The notes beneath the pieces were generated by a model that saw nothing but the letters and a program-made list of their open reading frames with translations, was not told the DNA's origin and ran no database searches. The translations under genes and the position numbers were made by a program. From NCBI GenBank assembly GCA_017559985.1, contig JAFYPW010000036.1, positions 23,295 through 87,294 on the forward strand: a stretch of DNA of 64,000 nucleotides. Reading direction: 5' to 3'. Of the stretch, positions 8,087-18,174 are shown piece after piece (position 1 is the first letter of the stretch; each line of letters begins with the position of its first letter). The stretch comes from Oscillospiraceae bacterium. GTDB taxonomy: Bacteria; Bacillota; Clostridia; Oscillospirales; JAAYXM01.

Positions 8087-8331
8087 TGGTAAAGATAACA
8101 ATGCACGTGGAGGGTATGATGTGCCCTATGTGCGAAAGGCATATGAACGAAGCGATAGAAAAGGCATTTGATGTAAAGAAGGTAACATCCTCTCATACGG
8201 AGAAAAAAACAGAAATTATCGCAAAAGAGGCAATGAGCGAAGCGGCGATTCTGGAAGCCACCAAAGAAACAGGCTATGTTGTCTCGGATATCAGATGCGA
8301 GGAGAAAAAGTTTTCACTCTTTGGGAGATAA
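8086..8331 (+). CDS. Heavy-metal-associated (HMA) domain protein, CopZ-like fold
   Basis: 81 aa with the 'GMMCPMC' metal-binding motif at the expected position of a ferredoxin-like HMA fold. A strong SD AAGGAGG lies 7 nt upstream. Confidence 0.8.
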   Translation: MVKITMHVEGMMCPMCERHMNEAIEKAFDVKKVTSSHTEKKTEIIAKEAMSEAAILEATKETGYVVSDIRCEEKKFSLFGR

Positions 8332-8337
8332 AGAAAA

Positions 8338-8366
8338 ACACCGCGGATGAAAATCATCCGCGGTGT
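8338..8366. terminator. Bidirectional terminator between the feo operon (+) and acpP (-)
   Basis: 13-bp perfect stem ACACCGCGGATGA (8338-8350) / TCATCCGCGGTGT (8354-8366), flanked by an A-run and a T-rich run. Confidence 0.7.
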
Positions 8367-8377
8367 TCTGTCTTTAT

Positions 8378-8605
8378 TTACATATTTGCTTCGATGTAGT
8401 TTACAACGTCGCCGACTGTTTTGAAAAGCTGTGCGTCGCTGTCGTTTATAGTAATGTTAAATTCCTCTTCAACGCTCATCATAAGCTCTACCATATCGAG
8501 CGAATCTGCGCCGAGATCATCGGTAATAACTGTGTTTTCAGTAATTGTTGCAGGGTCAATATCAAGCTGTGCTTCGATAATGCTTCTTAAAGTATCAAGT
8601 GTCAT
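8378..8605 (-). CDS. acpP: Acyl carrier protein
   Basis: 75 aa, acidic, with the phosphopantetheine attachment motif 'DLGADSLDMVELMM'. Confidence 0.9.
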   Translation of the reverse strand: MTLDTLRSIIEAQLDIDPATITENTVITDDLGADSLDMVELMMSVEEEFNITINDSDAQLFKTVGDVVNYIEANM

Positions 8606-8648
8606 GTTTGTACCTCCGTAGTCTTTCTGGGTTTATGTTTATATCCGT

Positions 8649-8677
8649 ATAATAGCATTATTACGGCATTTTTGCAA
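8649..8677 (-). promoter_or_regulatory. Sigma-A-like promoter for acpP (minus strand)
   Basis: On the minus strand: TTGCAA (8677-8672), 17-nt spacer, TATTAT (8654-8649). Confidence 0.45.
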
Positions 8678-8692
8678 TAGTAAAATTTCTTG

Positions 8693-9805
8693 TCATACAA
8701 GTTTTGCTTTTGCGACCGAAATAAATTCTGAAACTTCTTCTTCGGTTGAAAAGCGTGAAAGGCTTATTCTGACAGCGCTTCCGATAAGCCTTTCCGGAAC
8801 ATTTAATGCTCTTAAAACGTGGCTTTTCTTTCCGCGGCTGCAAGCAGAGCCTGCCGAGATATATATCCCGTCCTCTTCAAGAATTCGCATCACAACTTCG
8901 GACGGATATTTTGTAAAGGATACGTTGAGGATATGCGGAGCGCGTGAGTCGGGTGCAAGCACGTGCACGTTCGGAAGTGTTTCAAGCTCCTGCTGCAACT
9001 TTTCTGAGAGGTCTGAAATTCTTCTGCGGTCATCGTCAAGTGTTTTGGTGCCCGCTCTTACCGCCGCGGCAAATGCCGCAATTTGCGCTGTTGGCTCTGT
9101 GCCCGAGCGAAGCCCTCGCTCCTGACCTCCGCCGAGAAGCTGCGGTGTGAGCCCGACACCCTGCTTTATATATATTGCGCCGATTCCCTTTGGTGCGTGT
9201 ATTTTGTGACCGGAAATGGAGATTATGTCCGCACCGTATTTTTTTGTATTTATCGGAATTTTCAAAAACGCCTGGACAGCGTCCGTGTGAATCAGGGTGT
9301 CGCGGTTTTTGAGCTTAACGGCATTTGATATCGCGGGGATATTCATCAGCGCGCCGATTTCATTGTTCACACTCATCACCGATACCATAAAGGTATCATC
9401 GCGCACGGCTGCTGCGACATCTCCGGGAAAGATTGTGCCGTTGTCGCGCGGAGAGATGTATGTAACCTCAAAGCCGTCAGCTTCAAGCTTTTTTGCCGTG
9501 GAAAGCACAGAGGGGTGCTCGTAGGCGGTTGTGACAAAATGGCGGCGCTTTCCGCTCCTTGCCGCGGCACCGAATATCGCAAGGTTATTGCTCTCCGTGC
9601 CGCAGGAGGTAAAGGTTATCTCACGCGGGGTGCAGGAAAGAGCCTCTGCTATATCCGCGCGTGCGGAGGAGAGCATATTTTCTGCTGAAATTCCGAGCCC
9701 GTGAAGGGAAGACGGGTTTCCGAAATCCTCACACATTGCTGCGGTCGCCGCGGCGGCGGCTTCGGGTATAACTTTTGTTGTGGCTGCGTTGTCAAAGTAT
9801 ATCAT
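8693..9805 (-). CDS. Cysteine desulfurase (NifS/IscS class, PLP-dependent)
   Basis: 370 aa. 'IYFDNAATT' N-terminus, PLP-lysine motif 'SGHKIHAPKGIGA', and active-site Cys loop 'SAGSACS'. Confidence 0.9.
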   Translation of the reverse strand: MIYFDNAATTKVIPEAAAAATAAMCEDFGNPSSLHGLGISAENMLSSARADIAEALSCTPREITFTSCGTESNNLAIFGAAARSGKRRHFVTTAYEHPSVLSTAKKLEADGFEVTYISPRDNGTIFPGDVAAAVRDDTFMVSVMSVNNEIGALMNIPAISNAVKLKNRDTLIHTDAVQAFLKIPINTKKYGADIISISGHKIHAPKGIGAIYIKQGVGLTPQLLGGGQERGLRSGTEPTAQIAAFAAAVRAGTKTLDDDRRRISDLSEKLQQELETLPNVHVLAPDSRAPHILNVSFTKYPSEVVMRILEEDGIYISAGSACSRGKKSHVLRALNVPERLIGSAVRISLSRFSTEEEVSEFISVAKAKLV

Positions 9806-9873
9806 AAAAACTTCTCCGTTGTTTATTTGTTCTTAATTAACAGTATAAAACATTTTTTAATATAATTCCACCT

Positions 9874-9911
9874 ATTTTATGCTTGTAAGCATAAAATATT
9901 TGTGTTATAAT
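9874..9911 (+). promoter_or_regulatory. purA promoter with an 11-2-11 perfect palindrome centred on the -35 region
   Basis: ATTTTATGCTT-GT-AAGCATAAAAT (9874-9897). TTGTAA (9883-9888), 17-nt spacer, TGtTATAAT (9903-9911) extended -10. Confidence 0.4.
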
Positions 9912-9924
9912 ACCAACGGAATAA

Positions 9925-11217
<1,293 letters not shown>

Positions 11218-11233
11218 GAAAGAAGGCAAACCT

Positions 11234-12460
11234 ATGCCAAAGATAAATGTTGTCGGTCTCGGATATATCGGTCTTCCCACAGCGCTTATGTTTGCGTCTC
11301 ACGGTATTGAAGTTGTGGGAACTGACTATAATGCAGAGCTTGTGGCAACACTCAATGCCGGAAAGACCACCTTTGAAGAAGAGGGGCTTTCAGAGCTTTT
11401 TGCAGATGCGCTCGGAAAAGGAATAGAGTTTACAACTGAATATATCGCAACGGATGTATACATTGTGTCCGTTCCCACTCCTTATGACAAGTCGAGCAAG
11501 AAGATTGACCCGAAGTATGTCATAAGCGCAGTGAAGAGCATTATGGAGGTTTGTCCGAAGGGCGCAACGGTCGTTGTTGAGTCTACGGTTTCTCCCGGCA
11601 CGATAGACCGCTTTGTCCGTCCGGTTATCGAAGATAACGGATTTGTTATCGGGCGTGACATCAACCTTGTTCACGCGCCGGAAAGAATAATCCCCGGCAA
11701 TATGGTATACGAGCTTGAATACAATTCAAGAACGATCGGTGCGGATTCAAAGGAAATCGGCGAGAAGATAAAGTCGCTTTACGCATCGTTCTGCAAGGGG
11801 GAAATTGTTGTTACCGATATCCGCACGGCAGAGATGTCAAAGGTAGTCGAGAACACCTTCCGCGACATAAACATAGCATTTGCAAACGAGCTTGCAAAGA
11901 TTTGCAGAAGCGACAATATGGATGTTTATGAAATTATCCGCATAGCCAATAAGCATCCGCGCGTTAACATTCTCCAACCGGGCCCCGGTGTCGGCGGTCA
12001 CTGCATTTCGGTTGACCCGTGGTTCCTTGTGGGAGATTATCCCGGTCTTGCAAACATAATCCTTGCGGCGAGAAAGATAAACGATTCCATGCCGGAGTTT
12101 GTGCTTTCACGAATCCGCGAGATAATGGAAGAAAACGGAATTTCAGATGTTTCGCGCGTTGGTCTTTACGGACTCACATATAAAGAAGATGTTGACGATG
12201 TGCGCGAAAGCCCGGCGCTTCAGCTTCTTGAAAGTATGAAGAACCATCTCGGTGGAAAAATCCGTGCATATGACCCGTTCGTAACAAAGAAGCTTTGCGA
12301 CGGACAGGTGTTTGATTTTGATGAGTTCCTCCGCGAGGTTGACATTGTCGTTGTTCTTACGGCGCATACGCATATCAAGGAAAATGAAAAGGCTCTTTCG
12401 GGAAAGATTGTTTTTGATACAAAGAACATAATTTCCGCGCCCGGAGTTTATAAGCTTTAA
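11234..12460 (+). CDS. Nucleotide-sugar dehydrogenase, UDP-N-acetyl-D-mannosamine dehydrogenase-like (WecC/Cap5O type)
   Basis: 408 aa. Rossmann N-terminus 'INVVGLGYIGLPTA' and catalytic-Cys motif 'GPGVGGHCISVDPWF'. It starts 16 nt after the purA stop. Confidence 0.8.
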   Translation: MPKINVVGLGYIGLPTALMFASHGIEVVGTDYNAELVATLNAGKTTFEEEGLSELFADALGKGIEFTTEYIATDVYIVSVPTPYDKSSKKIDPKYVISAVKSIMEVCPKGATVVVESTVSPGTIDRFVRPVIEDNGFVIGRDINLVHAPERIIPGNMVYELEYNSRTIGADSKEIGEKIKSLYASFCKGEIVVTDIRTAEMSKVVENTFRDINIAFANELAKICRSDNMDVYEIIRIANKHPRVNILQPGPGVGGHCISVDPWFLVGDYPGLANIILAARKINDSMPEFVLSRIREIMEENGISDVSRVGLYGLTYKEDVDDVRESPALQLLESMKNHLGGKIRAYDPFVTKKLCDGQVFDFDEFLREVDIVVVLTAHTHIKENEKALSGKIVFDTKNIISAPGVYKL

Positions 12461-12465
12461 AACTT

Positions 12466-12499
12466 AAAAGACCTGTGATTTTAAAATCACAGGTCTTTT
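12466..12499. terminator. Bidirectional terminator between convergent genes (overlaps the last codons of the YihY gene)
   Basis: AAAAGACCTGTGATTT / AAATCACAGGTCTTTT perfect palindrome followed by T-runs on both strands. Confidence 0.7.
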
Positions 12500-13332
12500 T
12501 TTGTGTCAGAAATTGTTTTGTTGAGTTCTGCTCCGAGAACCAGAATTATCCCCGCAAAATACATCCACAGCATAAGAAGAACGACAGCACCGATGGAGCC
12601 GTAAAAGGTGACGGAAGAAAAGAAAAAGTTGACATAAAGTGAGAAAAGCCAGGTGAGAATCATAAAAGCACACAGAGAAAAGACTGTGCCGGGCAATGCT
12701 TCGGAAAATGTCACTTTTGCCGACGGCAGAACCTTATATATTATACATATCGTAAAGAAGAGTATGGCGGCGGTCGTTATCCAGCGCCAGACTGAGAGTA
12801 AGTCGATGAATGCAAAAGCACCGCTCATATCGGCAAGTGTTTCAGAAATAAGGTCATTGCCGAAGGCTACGAGAACGATGCAGGCAAGAAGAATGAGCGC
12901 AAAGAGCAGAATGAAGAGCATTGAAAAGAGGATCTGTGCAAAAAAGCCGCGGTTTGAGTCTGTTTCATAGGCTTTGTTAAAGGAGTTTATGAGTGAACGC
13001 ACGGCTTTTGAGGATGAAAAAACTGCAAGAATGATACCGAAGGAAAGAAGGCTTATTCCGCTTTGGGAATTTATATATTCAAGATAGCTTGCGATAAAGG
13101 TAACTATCTGTTCGGGGAAAAACGGTTTGAGAAAAGAAACAGCGTTTGCTGACGGAATGTCAAATGAAGCAATGAGGGAATTTATGAAGATGAGAAAAGG
13201 GAAGATGGAGAGGATGAAAAAGTATGCTATCTGCCCTCCGGTGTAGCTTATATCGTGTTCTTTGAATTTTTTACAGAGAATGCGAAAAACAAACAAAGGC
13301 CCTGTGAACTTCTTTTTAATCTTATCAATCAT
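12487..13332 (-). CDS. YihY/BrkB-family membrane protein
   Basis: Polytopic membrane protein with 'GGQIAYFFILSIFPFLIF' typical of the YihY family. The start is set at 'MIDKIKKKF' (13332); the track ORF extends to 13374. Confidence 0.78.
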   Translation of the reverse strand: MIDKIKKKFTGPLFVFRILCKKFKEHDISYTGGQIAYFFILSIFPFLIFINSLIASFDIPSANAVSFLKPFFPEQIVTFIASYLEYINSQSGISLLSFGIILAVFSSSKAVRSLINSFNKAYETDSNRGFFAQILFSMLFILLFALILLACIVLVAFGNDLISETLADMSGAFAFIDLLSVWRWITTAAILFFTICIIYKVLPSAKVTFSEALPGTVFSLCAFMILTWLFSLYVNFFFSSVTFYGSIGAVVLLMLWMYFAGIILVLGAELNKTISDTKKDL

Positions 13333-13412
13333 TGAGGTAGCGCCTCCCTGAAGTCTGATAGTTACATTATACACAAAGTTTTCCGTTTTGAAAATACCCT
13401 GCTGTGCACATA

Positions 13413-13441
13413 TTGTATTTTGCTTTTTAATTTGTTATAAT
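13413..13441 (+). promoter_or_regulatory. Sigma-A-like promoter for the recJ-relA-dtd operon
   Basis: TTGTAT (13413-13418), 17-nt spacer, TGtTATAAT (13433-13441). Confidence 0.45.
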
Positions 13442-13472
13442 ATTTCCATAAAGAATAAAGGAAAATGTTAAT

Positions 13473-15500
13473 ATGAGAAATACTGAATGGAAAACCGGAA
13501 CGTATGATAATGACATAGTTGCAAGGCTTATGGAAAGACTCGGCATACCTTCGCTCACGGCAAAGCTTCTTGCGGTGCGCGGTATCTGCGAAGAGTCTTC
13601 TGCAAGACGGTTTATGGAAAAAGACCTCAGAACTTTAAACGACCCGTTTCTTCTTTGCGATATGCAAAAAGCGGTCGATAGGATAGAAAAGGCGATAGAG
13701 AACAAAGAAAAAATTGCTGTATATGGAGATTACGATGCCGACGGAGTTACGGCGACATATATTATGGTACATTATCTCCGTTTCCGTGGCGCGGAGTGCA
13801 CATACCATATTCCGGACCGTTTCGAGGATGGATACGGTCTTTCCGGTGGTGCGCTCAAAGTTCTCTCTGATGGTGGGGTGTCGCTTGTAATTACCGTAGA
13901 CACGGGAATTACCGCAATTGAAGAAGTAAAGTATGCAGCAGAGCTCGGGCTTGATGTCGTCATTACTGACCACCATAAATGCGGGGAAAGCTTGCCCGAT
14001 GCCGTTGCGATAGTCAATCCGAACAGAGAGGACTGCACCTATCCGTTTCCGCATCTTGCGGGTGTAGGCGTTGCGTTCAAGCTTATTTCGGCAATGAGCG
14101 GGAGCGACCGCGAAATTATGGAGAAATATCTGCCGTATGTGTGTATAGGCACGGTCGCGGATGTTATGCCCATAATAGATGAAAACAGAGCAATTGTTGC
14201 GCGCGGAATCCGCCTTATTTCCGAGCGCCGCGAGGTTGGAATCACGGCACTTCTTGATGCTGCGGGGTCAAGGCGCGGCGAGGACATAACGTCCGGTGGC
14301 ATAGGTTTTCTTATCGGCCCCAGGATGAACGCGGCAGGAAGAATGGGGAGTGCGACACTTGCACTTGACCTCCTTTTCGCAAACGAAGACAATGCCGCGC
14401 AGGTTGCCCAAAAGCTCAATGAAAAGAACAGTGAGCGTCAGCGTTGTGAAGGGCAGATAATGAAAGAGGCCCTCTCTCATATTGAGGAGCACCCGGAATA
14501 TAAAGAAAAAAGCGCGATAGTCATAAGCGGAGAGGGCTGGCACCACGGCGTTCTGGGCATTGTTGCGTCGCGCGTGTGCAATATGTTAGGCAAACCGACA
14601 ATCCTCATCTCCGTTGAAGACGGCGAATGTCGCGGTTCGGGAAGAAGCGTTGCGGGCGTGAGCCTTCACAGTGCGCTCGGCAGATGCTCTGACCTGCTTG
14701 TCAAGTTCGGCGGACATGACCTTGCGGCGGGAATTGTGGTAAAGCGTGAGAACATTGACAGGTTCCGTGAAAGATTGAATGAAGAGCTCAGGTCTGAAAT
14801 GGCAGACTTTGTTCCCGTTCTGGGAATTGATTTTGAGGCAAAACCCGAGGAACTCACGATAGAACAGGTCCGCTCACTTGATGTTATGGAGCCGTTCGGC
14901 AAGTTCAATGAGGCGCCCGTGCTTCGTATAAACCGATGCAAGGTGTCAAAAATCGTGCCGATAGGAAACGGAAGCCATACAAAGCTTGTTGTTGAACACG
15001 CGGGCAGGTTCCAGTGTGTATATTTCGGTAAAAAATGCGACAGCCTTCCGTTTGTGGAGGGTGACTATGCAGATCTTGCATTTACACCTCAGATAAATAA
15101 AATGTACGGAACAAACGTTCAGCTGCATATAAAGGATGCGCGCCCGTGTGAGGAGGATATTGCGGAAATCACTTCTGCAATAAATGTCCTTTCGGAAGAA
15201 CGGACAGAAGGTCTTGAAATATCATATAATGAGCTGGGGTGCATCTGGCGTATGATAACTTCACCTCAATTTCCGAAGTCTTTCCCGCTCACGTTTGCAA
15301 AGCGCAAGCTTTTCGTGATGGACAGAGGGATCACTCTTTCAAAGCTTCTTCTTGCGTTTGAGATTTTTTCCGAAGTGGGGCTTATGAGCTTTGAAATTTC
15401 CGATTTCCGTGTTTTGTTAAACCTCGCAGAGCATAATAATAAAGTAGACCTGAATGACTCAGAAACATACCGTATATATAAAAGTTGTGGGAGCAGATGA
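13473..15500 (+). CDS. recJ: Single-stranded-DNA-specific exonuclease RecJ
   Basis: 675 aa with DHH-family motifs 'IAVYGDYDADGVT', 'ITVDTG', 'VITDHH', and DHHA1 'GGHDLAAG'. Confidence 0.93.
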   Translation: MRNTEWKTGTYDNDIVARLMERLGIPSLTAKLLAVRGICEESSARRFMEKDLRTLNDPFLLCDMQKAVDRIEKAIENKEKIAVYGDYDADGVTATYIMVHYLRFRGAECTYHIPDRFEDGYGLSGGALKVLSDGGVSLVITVDTGITAIEEVKYAAELGLDVVITDHHKCGESLPDAVAIVNPNREDCTYPFPHLAGVGVAFKLISAMSGSDREIMEKYLPYVCIGTVADVMPIIDENRAIVARGIRLISERREVGITALLDAAGSRRGEDITSGGIGFLIGPRMNAAGRMGSATLALDLLFANEDNAAQVAQKLNEKNSERQRCEGQIMKEALSHIEEHPEYKEKSAIVISGEGWHHGVLGIVASRVCNMLGKPTILISVEDGECRGSGRSVAGVSLHSALGRCSDLLVKFGGHDLAAGIVVKRENIDRFRERLNEELRSEMADFVPVLGIDFEAKPEELTIEQVRSLDVMEPFGKFNEAPVLRINRCKVSKIVPIGNGSHTKLVVEHAGRFQCVYFGKKCDSLPFVEGDYADLAFTPQINKMYGTNVQLHIKDARPCEEDIAEITSAINVLSEERTEGLEISYNELGCIWRMITSPQFPKSFPLTFAKRKLFVMDRGITLSKLLLAFEIFSEVGLMSFEISDFRVLLNLAEHNNKVDLNDSETYRIYKSCGSR

Positions 15501-15506
15501 CAGCCT

Positions 15507-17687
15507 ATGATGCCGGAAGCAAAATATCAGGAACTGATAAGTAAAATAAAAGGACATATCCCGTCTGTTGACGAGAAGCGTATTCACGACGCATACGACT
15601 GCGCAACACAGGCGCACGAGGGACAAAAGCGCCGTGATGGCAGCGACTATGTAACACACCCGATAGCAGTTGCAGAGATTGTTGCCGATATGGAGCTCGA
15701 TACAGACTCTCTTGTTGCTGCCCTTTTGCATGACTGCATAGAGGACACAGAGCTTGGTTATGAAAAAATCAGGACGAAGTTCGGGCGTGATGTTGCAGAC
15801 ATTGTCGAAGGCGTATCAAAACTTACAAGGATGCCGTATGCAAGTAAGGAAGAGGCACAGATTGAAAGTCTGCGCAAGATGTTCCTTGCGATGGGAAAGG
15901 ACATCCGAGTTATCCTTATAAAAATTGCTGACCGTCTTCATAATATGCGGACGATTGAGTTCCATAAGCCTGACAAGCAGCGGGAAAAAGCTCTTGAAAC
16001 AATGGAGGTTTATGCGCCGCTTGCACACAGACTCGGTATGCAGAAGATAAAGTGGGAGCTTGAAGACCGCTCACTGCGCTGTCTTGACCCTGTCGGATAT
16101 GCCGAGATTACCGAAGAGCTTGAAAAGAGAAGCGAAGAAAGTGAGGCTTTCCTCGGTCAGATCAAAGAACGTCTCATAAGCCGTCTTTCCGAAGCGGGTA
16201 TTGACGGCTATGTCCAGAGCAGAGTCAAGCATATTTACAGCATTTATCGCAAAATGTATACGCAGAACAAGACGATAGACGAGGTTTACGACCTGTATGC
16301 AATGCGCGTTATAGTCGATACCGTTGCCGATTGCTATAACGTTCTCGGCTTCATTCACGATATGTATCATCCCGTTCCGGGAAGGTTCAAGGATTATATC
16401 AGCACTCCGAAACCGAATATGTACCAGTCTCTGCATACGACGGTTATCGGACGAGAAGGTGTTCCGTTTGAGGTTCAGATCCGCACAAAGGATATGCACG
16501 AAACGTCCGAGTACGGAATTGCCGCACACTGGAAGTATAAATCCGGTGTGGGAAGCAAGAGCAACCTTGAAGAAAAGCTTGCGTGGGTGCGTCAACTTCT
16601 TGAAAATCAGGAAGTTGAAGACGAGGACTTTGTAACATCTCTTAAAACAGATATGTTCAGTGACGAAGTGTTCGTTTTCACACCGAACGGAGACGTTATC
16701 AGCCTTCCGTCCGGCTCAACACCGATAGACTTTGCCTATTCCATACACTCTGCGGTAGGAAATCGCATGATAGGCGCGAAGGTAAACGGACGTATGGTGC
16801 AGCTTGATTATAAACTGCAAAACGGTGAGATTGTTGAGGTTTTGACATCAAATGCCGGAAAAGGTCCGAGCCGCGACTGGATAAAGATAGCAAAAACGGG
16901 AGAAGCGCGAAACAAGATAAAGCACTGGTTTAAAAAAGAGTGCAGGGAAGAAAATATTGCCCGCGGTAAAAACGAGCTTGAAATGATGCTCAAACGCGAC
17001 GGAATAATTCTTCCTGAGGACGAGGCAGAGGAAATACTTCTCTCTGTCGCGAACAGAATGTCGTTTAAGCTTACCGACGAGATGTATGCAAGTCTCGGCT
17101 ATGGCGGAATAAAGCTCAGCCGTGTAGTCAACCGCATAAAGACCGAGCTTTCAAAGTCTGCGCCTGTCATACAGGACGAGGAAGAAATCATAAAGGAAAA
17201 CATCACACAGCCGGTAAAGCCGCAGTCGTCCAATTCCGGTGTTATAGTGCCTGGTGTTGAAAACTGCCTTGTCAAGTTTGCGCGATGCTGTACGCCTATC
17301 CCGGGCGATTCCATAATCGGCTTCATCACGCGCGGATACGGAGTTTCCGTACACCGTGCCGACTGTCAGAATGTGACAAATGCGATGAAAGAATCCGACG
17401 ATTTAAGCCGTTGGATAAGCGTTTCCTGGGCAGACGATATAACTGACAAATTCCAGACCTCTCTCCAGATTTCCGCAAAGGACAGAGGCGGCCTTGTTAT
17501 GGATATCGCATCAATTTTCAACAATATCAAAGTACCTATGCATCAGATGGATGCAAGACGCCTTGGCGACGGTTATGCAATAATAAATGTAGTGCTCAAT
17601 ACCAACGGCAAGGACCAGCTTGAATTCATAATGAACAAGCTCAACAGTGTTCCGGGCGTAATAGACGTAAAGAGGGCACGGAGTTAA
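15507..17687 (+). CDS. relA: Bifunctional (p)ppGpp synthetase/hydrolase (RelA/SpoT homolog)
   Basis: 726 aa. HD hydrolase 'HPIAVA..LLHDCIEDT', synthetase 'YRKMY..DLYAMRVIV..YQSLHTTV', a TGS region and a C-terminal ACT-like region. Confidence 0.95.
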   Translation: MMPEAKYQELISKIKGHIPSVDEKRIHDAYDCATQAHEGQKRRDGSDYVTHPIAVAEIVADMELDTDSLVAALLHDCIEDTELGYEKIRTKFGRDVADIVEGVSKLTRMPYASKEEAQIESLRKMFLAMGKDIRVILIKIADRLHNMRTIEFHKPDKQREKALETMEVYAPLAHRLGMQKIKWELEDRSLRCLDPVGYAEITEELEKRSEESEAFLGQIKERLISRLSEAGIDGYVQSRVKHIYSIYRKMYTQNKTIDEVYDLYAMRVIVDTVADCYNVLGFIHDMYHPVPGRFKDYISTPKPNMYQSLHTTVIGREGVPFEVQIRTKDMHETSEYGIAAHWKYKSGVGSKSNLEEKLAWVRQLLENQEVEDEDFVTSLKTDMFSDEVFVFTPNGDVISLPSGSTPIDFAYSIHSAVGNRMIGAKVNGRMVQLDYKLQNGEIVEVLTSNAGKGPSRDWIKIAKTGEARNKIKHWFKKECREENIARGKNELEMMLKRDGIILPEDEAEEILLSVANRMSFKLTDEMYASLGYGGIKLSRVVNRIKTELSKSAPVIQDEEEIIKENITQPVKPQSSNSGVIVPGVENCLVKFARCCTPIPGDSIIGFITRGYGVSVHRADCQNVTNAMKESDDLSRWISVSWADDITDKFQTSLQISAKDRGGLVMDIASIFNNIKVPMHQMDARRLGDGYAIINVVLNTNGKDQLEFIMNKLNSVPGVIDVKRARS

Positions 17688-17712
17688 AATATCATACGGG
17701 GAGGAACTTTCC

Positions 17713-18174
17713 GTGAGGGCAGTAATAACAAGAGTAAAATCCGCAGAGGTTAAAATAGACGGGGCAACACACTCAAAGATAGGGAAAGGTCTTCTTATTC
17801 TCCTTGGTGTTTCCGTTAACGACAGCGCAGCTGATGCTGAATATCTCGCAAAGAAAATTTCAATGATGCGAATATTTGAAGATTCCGAAGAAAAGCTCAA
17901 TCTTTCCTGCTCGCAGGTAGGTGGAGCTATGATGGTAGTGTCAAACTTCACGCTGTATGCAAATACTCAGAAGGGTAACCGTCCGAGCTTTGTTGACGCG
18001 GCACGTCCTGAGCTTGCGCGCCCGCTTTATGAGTATTTCGTATCACTCTTAAAAGATGCAGGATATAAAACCGAAACGGGTGTGTTCGGGGCATATATGG
18101 AACTTGAATCGGTAAACGACGGACCTGTTACCGTTGTGATTGATACAGAGGATGTTTTCGGAGGAGAAAAATGA
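17713..18174 (+). CDS. dtd: D-aminoacyl-tRNA deacylase
   Basis: 153 aa with a GTG start after GGGGAGG. Motifs 'MRAVITRV', 'LLILLGV', 'SNFTLYA' and 'NDGPVT'. Confidence 0.93.
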   Translation: MRAVITRVKSAEVKIDGATHSKIGKGLLILLGVSVNDSAADAEYLAKKISMMRIFEDSEEKLNLSCSQVGGAMMVVSNFTLYANTQKGNRPSFVDAARPELARPLYEYFVSLLKDAGYKTETGVFGAYMELESVNDGPVTVVIDTEDVFGGEK

